Positions 29,812-40,248 are shown, numbered from the stretch's first letter. The stretch is 64,000 nucleotides of DNA from an uncultured Actinomycetes bacterium (GCA_963841735.1 CAWJDT010000001.1:1408001-1472000); one strand, 5' to 3'. Numbers and translations: made by a program. The notes: a model not told the origin generated them from the letters alone.

Positions 29812-30615
29812 ATGAAGATCGGTTTGGCGCAACTCAACTCCCGGCAGAACAAGGAGGCCAACCTGGAGGCAGCCGAGGAGGCCATCGATCGCTTGGCGAG
29901 GCAGGGGGCCGACCTTGTGCTCCTACCGGAGATGTCCAACTTCCACGGGCTTGAGGCCGGCTACGCGGAAGCGTCCGAGACCATCCCGGGCCCCACTTCC
30001 CAGTGGGCCCAGCAGAGGGCCAAAGAGCATGGCATCTTCCTGCATTGCGGCAGCTTCGCCGAGCGGCGGGGCGATCTCGTCTACAACACGAGCGTGGTCT
30101 TCGACCGTAGCGGGGCCGAGATCGCCCGCTACAGCAAGATGCACCTTTTCGACGCGAAGATGCCCGATGGCCTCGAATACGCGGAATCCGCGGCGTTCGC
30201 CGCCGGCGACGAGATCGTGACCTGTGACTGCGAGGGGGTGACCCTCGGGTTGGCCATCTGCTACGACTTGCGCTTCCCCCAACTCTTCCACGCCCTGGCC
30301 GACCGGGGTGCTCACTTGTTCCTGCTGCCGGCGGCCTTCACGGTGCCCACCGGCATCAGTCACTGGGAGCCGTGTCTCCGCGCGCGCGCCATCGAGAACG
30401 GCTGTTACATGGCGGCCTGCGGGCAGTGGGGCCGGTATGCCCGGGGCCGAGAGAACTACGGGCACAGCATGGTAGTGGATCCCTGGGGCGTCGTCTTGGC
30501 GCAGTGCCGCGAGGGCGTGGATACTCTGGTCGCCGACATAGACATGGATCACCTGCGGCGCGTCCGCGAGCGCCTGCCCGTGCAGAAGCACCGGCGCCGC
30601 GACCTGTTCGGGTAG
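29812..30615 (+). CDS. Carbon-nitrogen hydrolase (Nit1/Nit2-like amidase)
   Basis: LLPE, YSKMHLFD, ICYDLRFP (Glu-Lys-Cys triad), RARAIEN, GHSMVVDPWG. Confidence 0.92.
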   Translation: MKIGLAQLNSRQNKEANLEAAEEAIDRLARQGADLVLLPEMSNFHGLEAGYAEASETIPGPTSQWAQQRAKEHGIFLHCGSFAERRGDLVYNTSVVFDRSGAEIARYSKMHLFDAKMPDGLEYAESAAFAAGDEIVTCDCEGVTLGLAICYDLRFPQLFHALADRGAHLFLLPAAFTVPTGISHWEPCLRARAIENGCYMAACGQWGRYARGRENYGHSMVVDPWGVVLAQCREGVDTLVADIDMDHLRRVRERLPVQKHRRRDLFG

Positions 30616-30656
30616 TCTCGGCAGACTCAGCCGCCCGGCTCACACCCGGGGCGGCC

Positions 30657-30724
30657 TACTCCCCGCGGAGTACGTGCCGGACTCCCCGCGGCGTATCGAC
30701 CCGAGCCCAGGCCGGGGCTATTAT
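30657..30724 (+). promoter_or_regulatory. Tandem TACTCC-N4-GGAGTA operators and -10 box of TCS operon
   Basis: TACTCC-ccgc-GGAGTA (30657-30672), GACTCC-ccgc-GGCGTA (30680-30695), TATTAT (30719-30724) 6 nt before ATG 30731. Confidence 0.6.
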
Positions 30725-30730
30725 GACTCC

Positions 30731-31915
30731 ATGTTCACTCGCCTCAACCGATTCGCCAGGCAGCATCCGGATCTCATCGATGCCGCGCTCGCGCTTGTGC
30801 TGGCCTGCGTTCTCGGGCTCGGGGGCGCCGATCAACGAGGGGGCGAAGCAGTCCACCCCGTCTTGAAGGCCCTGGCTTTTGCGGCCACGGCTCTGCCACT
30901 TGCTGTCCGCCGAAGGAAGCCCTACGCGGCTTTGGTTGGCACGCTGGTTCTTCTTGGCGTGGCGTATGCCTTCATCCCGTCCGGAACGGCGAACGCCTAT
31001 CCTCCGGTTGTTCCGGTGCTTCCCGCGGTCATCGCGCTCTACACGGTCGGCACTCTGGCGAGTCGCCGCGCCATCATGGTGGTTGCCGGCGCGGCCCTGG
31101 TAGTTTCCATGACCCTTGCCCTGACCATCCTGAGGCCGGCGAATGTCACGGGGGAGATCGCTCATATCTTCGCCTGGGTGGTCGGCTCCCTTGCTGTGGG
31201 CTCTGCTGTTGCCAGCCGGCGGGCGTACGTCGACCAGTTCCGACAGCGGGCGCTTCAAGCCGAGAGGACCAAGGAAGAGGAGGCCCAGCGCCGGGTATAC
31301 GAGGAGCGCACTCGCATCGCTCGTGATGTCCACGACGGCGTGGCTCATGCGCTGGCTTCCATCTCCATCCAGGCAAGCGCCGGAAGTGCCGTCCTTGAAC
31401 GCGATCCCGAAGGAGCGCGCCAGGCTCTCCAGGCGATCCGGTTGGCAAGCGCTTCGGCTCTCTCTGACCTTCGCGCTACCCTGGGGTTGCTCAGGCACGA
31501 GGATGGTGCCGTCGCGGAGAGTGGATTTGATGACGAGTTGGCAGATCGACTGGCCGGCGTTCTGCGTGCCGAAGGCATCCGAGTCTCGGTGCGCCAGGGA
31601 GGACACCCTCGGCCGCTCGACGGCGAAGTGGGAATCGCGGTGAAGCGGATGCTACAGGAGGCGCTTACGAACGTCCTGCGCCATGCTGAGGCCCAGCAGG
31701 TAGAGATCGGGCTTGACTATGTGGGCGACGATTTCATCGTCATCGTGACCGACGACGGAAAGGGGCCGGCGACGAGGACGAAGGAGCCTCCGGGCTACGG
31801 CCTGCTGGGCATGCGCGAGCGGGCTGTCGCGCTCGGCGGTTCGCTGGAGTACGGCGCTCGCGAGGGCGGGGGCTTCTACGTACAGGCTGTTCTACCGTTG
31901 GGCGGGGGGCGTTGA
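30731..31915 (+). CDS. HisKA_3 sensor histidine kinase
   Basis: Several TM helices, ERTRIARDVHD H-box, QEALTNVLRHA, DDGKG, GYGLLGMRERA. Confidence 0.92.
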   Translation: MFTRLNRFARQHPDLIDAALALVLACVLGLGGADQRGGEAVHPVLKALAFAATALPLAVRRRKPYAALVGTLVLLGVAYAFIPSGTANAYPPVVPVLPAVIALYTVGTLASRRAIMVVAGAALVVSMTLALTILRPANVTGEIAHIFAWVVGSLAVGSAVASRRAYVDQFRQRALQAERTKEEEAQRRVYEERTRIARDVHDGVAHALASISIQASAGSAVLERDPEGARQALQAIRLASASALSDLRATLGLLRHEDGAVAESGFDDELADRLAGVLRAEGIRVSVRQGGHPRPLDGEVGIAVKRMLQEALTNVLRHAEAQQVEIGLDYVGDDFIVIVTDDGKGPATRTKEPPGYGLLGMRERAVALGGSLEYGAREGGGFYVQAVLPLGGGR

Positions 31916-32601
31916 TGGCGATTCGCGTGCTTGTGGCCGACGATCAACCTCTCATCAGGGCGGGACTGCGTATGCTGCTGTCCACGGTCTCGGACGTGGA
32001 TGTCGTGGGGGAGGCGGCCAACGGTGAGGAGGCCAAGGCGTTGGTGCAGAGCCTGTTGCCCGACGTGGTGCTCATGGATGTGCGCATGCCGGGAACCGAT
32101 GGGCTGCAGGCGGCGACTTTCATCCTTTCAGCGCCCGAACTGGCCGGGGTCCGAGTGGTAATTCTGACCACGTTCGATGTGGACGACTACATCTTCAAGG
32201 CTCTGGAGATGGGAGCAAGTGGCTTCTTGCTCAAGGACGCCGACCCCGAGGAGATCGTCCGCGCCATTCGGGCGGCAGCAGCAGGCGACGCCGTTCTCTC
32301 TCCCACAGTCACTCGGCGCCTGATCGCCGACTATGCCCACAGGCCACGCCGACCAGCGCTCGAGGCCGGTGCTCTTGACGCCCTCACCGAGCGTGAGCGG
32401 GAGGTGATGGCTCTGGTGGCCCGAGCACTCTCCAACGAGGAGATAGCCGCGCAGCTCTTCATGAGCCCACTCACTGCTAAGACCCACGTCAGCCGGATAC
32501 TGGCCAAGCTCAGCGCGCGCGACCGGTCGCAACTGGTGGTGCTGGCCTACGAGCTGGGCCTGGTAGAACCCGGTGAGCCCCGCCAAGACGACAGCAACTA
32601 G
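31915..32601 (+). CDS. NarL/LuxR family response regulator
   Basis: VADDQ, DVVLMDVRMP, GFLLKD, LTEREREV...TAKTHVSRILAKL. Confidence 0.95.
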   Translation: MAIRVLVADDQPLIRAGLRMLLSTVSDVDVVGEAANGEEAKALVQSLLPDVVLMDVRMPGTDGLQAATFILSAPELAGVRVVILTTFDVDDYIFKALEMGASGFLLKDADPEEIVRAIRAAAAGDAVLSPTVTRRLIADYAHRPRRPALEAGALDALTEREREVMALVARALSNEEIAAQLFMSPLTAKTHVSRILAKLSARDRSQLVVLAYELGLVEPGEPRQDDSN

Positions 32602-32630
32602 GCGGCAGCGATGCGGCTGCGACGCCAAAG

Positions 32631-32669
32631 TACTCCGTGGGGAGTAGGCAAATATCTCCCGTAGGCCGA
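32631..32669 (+). promoter_or_regulatory. TACTCC-N4-GGAGTA operator upstream of ABC operon
   Basis: TACTCC-gtgg-GGAGTA (32631-32646) and degenerate ATCTCC-cgta-GGCCGA 23 bp later. Confidence 0.6.
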
Positions 32670-32767
32670 TTCCGCGGCGTCACATCCCTGGTAGCCTCCA
32701 ATAGCCGCTTCGCAAGTCGCGGCGGCTTCTTCTCTAGCCATACATCTCTCAAGGGAGGTTCGTGCCC

Positions 32768-33739
32768 GTGCCAGTCACATCAACAGCGGTCGAAGAGGGT
32801 AGCAGGAGGCCGTCGAGTCCCGAGGAGGGACACCCAGTCGTTCTCTCGACTCACGGCTTGACAAAAGACTTCAAGAATCTTCGCGCGGTGGATGATCTCA
32901 ATCTCACCGTAAACAAAGGGGACGTCTTCGGCTTTCTGGGCCCCAACGGCGCCGGTAAGACGACGACCATCCGGATGATGTTCGGCCTCATCTACCCGAC
33001 CGAGGGTCACGTCGAGGTCCTAGGCCGGAAGGTGCCGGCGCAGCGCCAAGATGCCCTGCGGCACATGGGCGGTTTCGTAGACGACCCCATGTTCTACGGC
33101 AACATGACCGCGCGCCGGAATCTGCGCTTGCTGGGGAGCATGAATCGTCCCGTGACCGAGGAGCGCATCACGGAGGTGCTGGAGATCGTGGGTTTGTCCG
33201 ACAGGGCAGGCTCCAAGGCTGGGGGTTACTCCCACGGCATGCGGCAGCGACTCGGCATCGCCCTTGCCCTCATCCACAACCCCGAACTCATCATCCTGGA
33301 TGAGCCCACCAGCGGGCTCGACCCTGCCGGCATGAAAGACGTGCGCGAGCTCATCCGCAATCTGGCGACCGCGGGCACCACTGTCTTTCTTTCGTCCCAC
33401 CTGCTCCACGAGGTCGAGCTGGTGGCGAATCGCGCCGCCGTGGTGACCCGGGGCCGTTTGCTTAGGCAGGGGCCGGTATCGGAACTGCATCCGGACAGCA
33501 CCGCGGTGAAGATCAAGACCAGCGATCAGGCGCGGGCCTGGGAGATCCTGCGGCCGCTGCTGACTGCCGCGGACATCCGGCAAGACGAGGACTACATCGT
33601 GGTCCTGGACGACGGCAATGGCCGCGCTTCGGGACTGGTGCGCAGACTGGTGATGGACGGCGTCGACATCGAAGCGATGGTCCCCGCCTTCGAGCAGGGC
33701 CTGGAAGACATGTTTCTAGAGCTTACGGCCAAGGAGTAG
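32768..33739 (+). CDS. ABC transporter ATP-binding protein (BcrA/drug-export type)
   Basis: GPNGAGKTT, YSHGMRQRLG, LDEPTSGLDP, SSHLL. Confidence 0.93.
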   Translation: MPVTSTAVEEGSRRPSSPEEGHPVVLSTHGLTKDFKNLRAVDDLNLTVNKGDVFGFLGPNGAGKTTTIRMMFGLIYPTEGHVEVLGRKVPAQRQDALRHMGGFVDDPMFYGNMTARRNLRLLGSMNRPVTEERITEVLEIVGLSDRAGSKAGGYSHGMRQRLGIALALIHNPELIILDEPTSGLDPAGMKDVRELIRNLATAGTTVFLSSHLLHEVELVANRAAVVTRGRLLRQGPVSELHPDSTAVKIKTSDQARAWEILRPLLTAADIRQDEDYIVVLDDGNGRASGLVRRLVMDGVDIEAMVPAFEQGLEDMFLELTAKE

Positions 33740-33741
33740 AC

Positions 33742-34566
33742 GTGGGACACGTTAGACGAGAATTCACCAAGCTTCTCTTTCAGAAGCGCACGTACATCGG
33801 CTGGGGAGGCCTGTTCCTGCTCCCGTTCATCTTTGGGCTGGCCTTCAAGCTCACCACCGGGCCGGGACCGCACGGGGAAAGCGGCGATGCGCTGGGCGCG
33901 ATGATGATGCAGGGAGTGAAGAGCAACGGTCTGTACTTGGGTCTCCTGGCCCTCCTCATGCTCGCCACTTTCCTTCTGCCTCTGCTGGCATCCATGGCAG
34001 GATCGCAGACGGTCGCGGGCGAAGCCGAGAAGGGCACCCTGCGGACCACGTTGATGCAGCCGGTGAGACGCAGCGGATTGCTGGTTTCGAAATGGGTGGT
34101 TGCCAATATATACATGGCCGTCGGCCTTGCCATCCTGGGCGTCTCTTCGCTCGCAGCCGGAGCTGCTTTCTTCGGACTGCACCCCTTGGGTATCGTGTCG
34201 GGGGGGAGCATGAGTGCCGGAGCAAGCGTGCTGTGGTCGCTGGCGGGGTACGCGTACGTGATGGCGGGCATGCTGGCGGTGGTTTCGCTGGCGGTGCTGC
34301 TCTCTGCTGTCACCGAGTCAAGCCTCACCGCCGCGGCAGGTGCGCTGGTGACGGTGATCGTCATGCTGGTGTTGGGCAGCCTAAGCGTGTTCGACTTTCT
34401 GCAGCCCTACTTGATCACGAGCCACCTGTCGGCCTGGGGCAACTTCTTCGAGCGCCCGCTGGATCTGGCGCCCATTTGGAAGGGCCTGGTCTGCTTCGGT
34501 GCCTGGGGTGCCGGCACGCTGGGTCTGGCGTTGTGGCGCTTCAGCAAGAAGGACATCAGCTCGTAG
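33742..34566 (+). CDS. ABC-2 type permease
   Basis: About 6 TM helices, VAGEAEKGTLR...PVRRSGLLVSK, C-term FSKKDISS. Confidence 0.88.
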   Translation: MGHVRREFTKLLFQKRTYIGWGGLFLLPFIFGLAFKLTTGPGPHGESGDALGAMMMQGVKSNGLYLGLLALLMLATFLLPLLASMAGSQTVAGEAEKGTLRTTLMQPVRRSGLLVSKWVVANIYMAVGLAILGVSSLAAGAAFFGLHPLGIVSGGSMSAGASVLWSLAGYAYVMAGMLAVVSLAVLLSAVTESSLTAAAGALVTVIVMLVLGSLSVFDFLQPYLITSHLSAWGNFFERPLDLAPIWKGLVCFGAWGAGTLGLALWRFSKKDISS

Positions 34567-34635
34567 GATTGAGGCGGAGAGAAAGCGACCGCCAAAAGAG
34601 AGCGGCCTGGCACTGAAGACACGGATCGGAGGGCC

Positions 34636-34713
34636 ACCGAGGGGGGCGTGAGGGTCGGAGAAAAGCTTTGCGTACTCGCTGTGCTTTTCGGAGACCCTCA
34701 CGCCCCCCTCGGT
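34636..34713. terminator. Long hairpin between convergent operons (bidirectional terminator-like)
   Basis: Perfect 21-bp arms accgaggggggcgtgagggtc / gaccctcacgcccccctcggt plus inner gaaaagc/gcttttc stem. Confidence 0.65.
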
Positions 34714-34716
34714 CAC

Positions 34717-36633
34717 TCAGAAGTTCATCTCGAAGTGGAACACTCCCTCGTTCAGCGTACTGGTGACCTTCATGCCGCTGTGGTTGATGACAGCCTGCAT
34801 GGGCTTGTTGGCGCGCATCACCTCGGCCGTGAACCCGGCGATACCGTTGCGCTTGGCGATCATGGCAAGGTGCTTCATGATGAAACCGCCGATGCCTTGC
34901 TTCTGCCAGTCGTCGCGTACCACGAAGGCTACCTCGGCGCGGTTGGTCTTCACATCGAGATAGTAGCGGCCGATGGCGATGATCTCCTCACCGTGAGCCT
35001 CGGGCACCGTGCCCACGATCGCCACTTCGCTACGGTGGTCGACGTAGACGAAGTTCTGCAGCTGCTTCCTAGGTATGCGCTTCATGTGTGACATGTAGCG
35101 GTAGTAGACGGTCTCCTGGGACAGTGAGTAGAAGAGGTCGCGTGTGGCGGGCTCGTCTGTGGGATTCATAGACCGGAAGCCGATGAGCGTGCCGTCGTCC
35201 AAGAGCATCGTGGTGCGGACTTCCTTGGGTCCGACGAGGAGGCGGCCTTCCACGTCCGCCATCTCAGGCCGCACCCACTTGTACTCCACGGCCTTGGAGA
35301 GCAATTCTTCGCGGAAGTCGGGATGGGCGATGGTGATGAGGGCCATGGCCCTTTCTTGCACGCTTTTGCCATGTAGATAGGCGATGCCGTGCTCGGTCAC
35401 CACGTAGTGCACGGCCCCCCGGGTGGTCACCACGCCTGCCCCCGGTTTGAGAGTGGCGACGATGCGAGAGGCCTTGCCGCCCACAGCCGTCGACGGCAGA
35501 GCGATGATGGCCCGGCCGCCCGCGGAGCGGCCGGCGCCTTGGTTGAAGTCGGCCTGGCCCCCGATGCCCGAGTAGAAACTCGAACCTAGAGAGTCGGCGC
35601 ACACCTGGCCGGTGAGGTCGACTTCGAGCGCCGTGTTGATGGCTACCATTTTGTTCTGCTGACCGATGACGAAGGGGTCGTTGACGTATTCAGTGGGGTT
35701 GAACGAGAAAAGCGGGTTGTTGTCCACGTAGTCGTACAGCTTCTTGGTGCCCATGGCGAAGGTCGTGACGATCTTGCCCCGGTCGGTAGACTTCTGCGCG
35801 CCCGTTATCACACCAGCATCAGCCAGGATGGTGATGGCTTCGGTGATGACCTCGGTATGAATGCCCAGGTCTTTCTTATCTTTGAGGCACATGGCCACTG
35901 CGTGGGGGATCCGGCCAATGCCTATCTCCAGGGTCGACCCATCCTCCACTAGCGAGGCGACATGTTCACCGATGGCCTGGGTGATTGGCCGGGCATCTTC
36001 CGCCCAGGCTCCCGTTTGCACATCGTCTATGAAGCCGGCGTATGCAGTCTCTATGAGGGGCTCGTCCACCGGTACCAAGATATCGAGATCGAAGATGCTG
36101 ACGAGGCTGTCGCCCATGGTCCACGGCATCTGCGGGTTGACCTGCGCGATCACAAGGCCGGCATTGGCCGTGGCCGACTTGACAATATCCACCGAAACGC
36201 CCAGGCTGCAGCGCCCCTGTTGGTCGGGCTGCGTCACCTGGATAAGGGCGACATCGATAGGCATCTCTCCACTGGCGAACAGGGAGGGGATGTCGGAGAA
36301 CGAGATGGGGGTGTAGTCCCCGTATCCCTCTTGGATCATGTTGCGGACGTTGGCCGATATGAAGAACGTGTTAACCGAGAAGTAGTCGGCCAGTTCCTTG
36401 TAAGCATAGGGAGCGTCACCCAGAGTCAGGGACGACAGCACTTGGGTGTCGGCGAGTTCGGTGTGACGCGCGACCAAGGCTCGTATCAAAGTCAGGGGCT
36501 GCGCTACCCCGCTGCCTATGAAGATCCTCTGCCCTGGTCTGATCTTGGACACCGCCTGTTCGGCGGTCATGGTCATGCTGGCGTATTTCTTCTGCCAGTC
36601 GGCTTCGTAGTCGTGTTTGGGGAAGGCGGTCAT
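34717..36633 (-). CDS. Acetyl-CoA hydrolase/4-hydroxybutyrate CoA-transferase family protein fused to C-terminal GNAT
   Basis: SLGVSVD, LEIGIGRIP, LGIHTE, GIGGQADF, VVTEHG; C-term AEVAFVVRDDWQKQGIG...NKPM. Confidence 0.88.
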   Translation of the reverse strand: MTAFPKHDYEADWQKKYASMTMTAEQAVSKIRPGQRIFIGSGVAQPLTLIRALVARHTELADTQVLSSLTLGDAPYAYKELADYFSVNTFFISANVRNMIQEGYGDYTPISFSDIPSLFASGEMPIDVALIQVTQPDQQGRCSLGVSVDIVKSATANAGLVIAQVNPQMPWTMGDSLVSIFDLDILVPVDEPLIETAYAGFIDDVQTGAWAEDARPITQAIGEHVASLVEDGSTLEIGIGRIPHAVAMCLKDKKDLGIHTEVITEAITILADAGVITGAQKSTDRGKIVTTFAMGTKKLYDYVDNNPLFSFNPTEYVNDPFVIGQQNKMVAINTALEVDLTGQVCADSLGSSFYSGIGGQADFNQGAGRSAGGRAIIALPSTAVGGKASRIVATLKPGAGVVTTRGAVHYVVTEHGIAYLHGKSVQERAMALITIAHPDFREELLSKAVEYKWVRPEMADVEGRLLVGPKEVRTTMLLDDGTLIGFRSMNPTDEPATRDLFYSLSQETVYYRYMSHMKRIPRKQLQNFVYVDHRSEVAIVGTVPEAHGEEIIAIGRYYLDVKTNRAEVAFVVRDDWQKQGIGGFIMKHLAMIAKRNGIAGFTAEVMRANKPMQAVINHSGMKVTSTLNEGVFHFEMNF

Positions 36634-38732
36634 TGCGCACCTCCTTCGCTCAACTGAATCCGCGCGTCTGCCGCCACCGAGTCTTCGCCCGGCCTGCCCA
36701 CGATGAACGGGTTGATGTCGAGTTCTTCGATCTGCGGGAAGTCGGTGACCAACTGGCTGATGCGTTGCAGAGCCTCACCGATGGCTGCCAGGTTGACTCC
36801 CTGTTCGCCGCGGACGCCCTCGAGCAGCTTGTACGACCGGGTGCCCATGAGCATGTTCATGGCTTCGCTCGAAGTGATCGGGGCCAGGTGGAACGTGACA
36901 TCCTTCATCACTTCCACGAAGATACCTCCCAGCCCGAACATAAGCATTGGACCGAACTGCGGGTCGCGGGTCATGCCCAAGATGACCTCGCGGCCCTTGG
37001 GCACCATGCGCTCCAGGTATACCCCTTCCAGCAAGGCGTCGGGAGCTTTGCGGTTGATGCGGAGCATCATCAACTCGAATGCGTCGGCAACCTCTTGGGC
37101 ACTGCTTAGATTGAGCTTCACGCCGCCGATGTCCGACTTGTGGATGATGTCAGGCGAGACGATCTTCATAGCGAGGGGATAGCCCAGACGGGGGGCCGCC
37201 TCGGTGGCTTCTTCCACGGTGCTTACCAGGCGGCCGTCTGGCACTACAAAGTCGTAGGCCCGCAGGATGTCCTTGGCCTTGACTTCGCCCACGTAGGTGC
37301 GTCCCGTACGGAGCTGCCGGGTGATGACACGCTCCACCCTGCGCCGGTTGACGGGATAGCGAGCCACTATACGGGGCGGGCGCTGCCGCCAGGCTGCGTA
37401 TTCCACCATGGCTTTGAGAGCCGCCACTGCTCGCTCCGGCGAGGGGTAGTCGGGCAGGTTGTGGGCCACCAACTCATCACGGCCCGGCAAGATGTCCTCG
37501 CCCCCCATGAAGGTGGCAAGCACCGGCTTCTCGCCCCTGACGGACGCGGCGATGGCCCGGGCCGTCTCGGCCGGTTTGGTCATGGCCTGGGGCGTGAGGA
37601 TGATGAGCACGGCGTCGACGTTAGGGTCGTCCTGTGCGGCCTCGACGGCCATGGCGTAGCGCGAGGGGTCGGCGTCACCAAGGACGTCGATGGGGTTGCC
37701 AACACTAGCGGCCGCCGGCAGCTTGCTCCGTAGGGCGGTGGCGACCGACTCGTCTAGTACAGTGACTCTGAGGCCGGCCGACTCCACCGCGTCGGCGGCC
37801 ATGATGCCCGGGCCGCCTGCGTTGGTGATGATCGCCACCCGGTTGCCCTTGGGTAGCGGCTGCATAGCAAGGGCCGTGGCCAGGTCGAACAGGCCTTCGA
37901 AGGTGTCGGCGCGAATGACGCCGGCTCGTTTGAAGGCGGCCCCGTAGGCGATGTCGGCGCCGGCCAGAGCCCCGGTGTGCGACGATGCGGCTTTCGAGCC
38001 GGCGGTTGTGGTACCGGCCTTGAGTATGACCACCGGCTTGACGGCTGCCACCGATTCGGCAACTCGAATGAACTCATCCCCGTTGCCTATGCTTTCCAGA
38101 TAGCCCACGATGACTTTGGTCTTGTCGTCATCAGCAAAGGCTGAGAGGAAGTCGATCTCGTCGAGGTCGGCCTTGTTGCCGATGCTGAGCAGGGTGGCCA
38201 GGCCCAGCTTGCGGGCGGCGGCCCAGTCGAGGATGGCCGCGCACAGAGCGCCCGACTGCGAGAGCACCGAGATGCCCCCTGTCAGGGGCATGTGGTTGGC
38301 GAATGTGGCGTTCATCTTGTGGTGGGTGTTGATGAGCCCCAGGCAGTTCGGGCCCATGAGGCGCGCGCCCGCCTGGCGGCAAAGACCGGCGATCTCGCGC
38401 TCCAGCTGAGCCCCGTCCTCGTCGACTTCTTTGAAGCCGGCGGTGATGATGACCACCGCCTTGGCTTCGGCCTTGAGTGAGCTGATGACCGCTCCCCTAA
38501 CCGCGGTGGTGGGCACGGCGATCACGCTCAGGTCGATGGGTTTGCCCCATTCCTCCAGGCTTGTGTAGAATCGCTGTCCCATTAGTTCGCCCCCAGAGGG
38601 GTTCACGGGAACGATATCACCTTCGAATTCCCCCTCGATTAGGTTGGCCACCACGGCATAGCCGACCTTCCCCAACGTACGTGAAGCCCCCATGACCGCG
38701 ACGGTCTTAGGGTAGAGCAGGCATTCAAGCAT
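36630..38732 (-). CDS. Acetate/acyl--CoA ligase (ADP-forming), alpha-beta fusion
   Basis: VAVMGAS, GPNCLG, SQSGA, GNKAD, ASSHTGALAG (catalytic His), NPIDVLGDA, HKSDIGGV, DPQFGP, ELDINP. Confidence 0.9.
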   Translation of the reverse strand: MLECLLYPKTVAVMGASRTLGKVGYAVVANLIEGEFEGDIVPVNPSGGELMGQRFYTSLEEWGKPIDLSVIAVPTTAVRGAVISSLKAEAKAVVIITAGFKEVDEDGAQLEREIAGLCRQAGARLMGPNCLGLINTHHKMNATFANHMPLTGGISVLSQSGALCAAILDWAAARKLGLATLLSIGNKADLDEIDFLSAFADDDKTKVIVGYLESIGNGDEFIRVAESVAAVKPVVILKAGTTTAGSKAASSHTGALAGADIAYGAAFKRAGVIRADTFEGLFDLATALAMQPLPKGNRVAIITNAGGPGIMAADAVESAGLRVTVLDESVATALRSKLPAAASVGNPIDVLGDADPSRYAMAVEAAQDDPNVDAVLIILTPQAMTKPAETARAIAASVRGEKPVLATFMGGEDILPGRDELVAHNLPDYPSPERAVAALKAMVEYAAWRQRPPRIVARYPVNRRRVERVITRQLRTGRTYVGEVKAKDILRAYDFVVPDGRLVSTVEEATEAAPRLGYPLAMKIVSPDIIHKSDIGGVKLNLSSAQEVADAFELMMLRINRKAPDALLEGVYLERMVPKGREVILGMTRDPQFGPMLMFGLGGIFVEVMKDVTFHLAPITSSEAMNMLMGTRSYKLLEGVRGEQGVNLAAIGEALQRISQLVTDFPQIEELDINPFIVGRPGEDSVAADARIQLSEGGAQ

Positions 38733-38906
38733 TTGAAAAACCACGTCCTCTCGAAATCAACAAAGCCTAGCTGGTAAGTCTATCTGGTCCGCATAGCGCG
38801 GCCGCAACTGTTGCGCGAGGCGCAAGCGATGATTCATGATACTACGACAATGGGCTAGAATGGCCCCCAGCATGGTTCATCTAGGCGACCGTCGACCTGG
38901 CTGAGG

Positions 38907-40248
38907 GTGGTGCCGGTGCGGAATGTGCTTAAAAGCTTGGGAGTCGCCGTCGCGGTTGTCGCTCTGTGCGGGCCGCTGATCTTCTGGCCGGCCGACGAAG
39001 CGAGGCCTGCCACTCTCGATCTCTCGCAGGTCACGGTGACCGTACCTCCTGTAGTCGTGGTAGCCACCGATCTCCCCGATTCACAGACCACCACCACTAC
39101 TACCACCACCACCGAGGTATCGGTTGAAACCGTTACCACCACCACGAGCACGACCGAACTCACTCGGGAGATAACCATCGCCGCCGTCGGGGACGTTCTG
39201 CCACATGTCGGCATCCTCAGTTCGGCTCGAGACTCAATTACTGGCGAGTATGACTTCTGGCCCATGTTTCGCCCCATCGCCCCCTATTTGGCCAATGCCG
39301 ACTACACGGTCGCCAACCTGGAGACTAGGCTGGCCGGTCCCGCGACCGGGTACACGGGATACCCCATGTTCAACTCGCCCATCGAACTTGCGCAGGCGCT
39401 GAAGAAGGCGGGTGTTGACCTCGCCGCGACCGCCAACAACCACTCCCTTGACAGGGGATGGCCCGGGATCGTGGGCACGCTCGATCGCCTGGACCAGGTG
39501 GGTGTCGCTCACGTGGGCACCTACCGCTCCATGGCCGAGAAGCGGACTCCGTTGGTGGTCGACATCGATGGGATCAAGGTGGGCTTCATCAATTACGCTG
39601 ACTGGCTGAACGACCAGGAGCCGCCCAAAGAGCAACGCGGCCTATGCCGTCAACACCCTCGACGTGGACGAAGTGGCCGGGGAGGCTATGCTGGCACGCA
39701 TGTGGGGCGCGGAAGTGGTGATCGCCATCCTGCACTACGGGGAGGAATACGGACGTCAGCCGAGTGCTGAGCAGATCAAGGTCTCACAAGGGACGGTCGA
39801 CTATGACGGTCTTCTCTCCCGGGGAGTGGACGTGATCATTGGCGCTCATCCGCACGTGGTGGAGCCCATAGCTCACCTGCTGCAATACGCCGCCTGGAAG
39901 GCCAACGACACCTACGTGGTCTACTCCCTGGGCAACTTCGTCTCGGCTCAGCGCCAGCGCTACACCGACAGCGGGCTTATCGCCTACATCCACATCCAGA
40001 AGACCGGCCTGCGGGTCAACGTCACTGGAGTCAGCTATCTGCCTGTATACGTGCAGCGCTCTGTGACGCAGTATCCGGTGCAGTACCGTATTCTGCCGGT
40101 GTTGCCTGGACTCAATCCGGGCAGCGACGTGCCCCTCAGCCTGGCCGACGATCAGCGGATGGACCAGGTATGGGAGGAACTGGGGCCGATGCTCTATCGT
40201 CCCGACGAGAGCATCAAGCCGCTGGATCCGGCCGAACTCGGCCTCTAA
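38907..40248 (+). CDS. CapA family (poly-gamma-glutamate synthesis) metallophosphatase-like protein (frameshift ~39636)
   Basis: AAVGD, ANLET, ANNHSLDRG, HYGEEY, IIGAHPHV, YSLGNFVS; N-term TM and Thr-rich linker. Confidence 0.85.

Noticed and set aside
39088-39153. ACC-rich tandem repeat
   Set aside because: It encodes an ordinary Thr-rich linker of the CapA protein.
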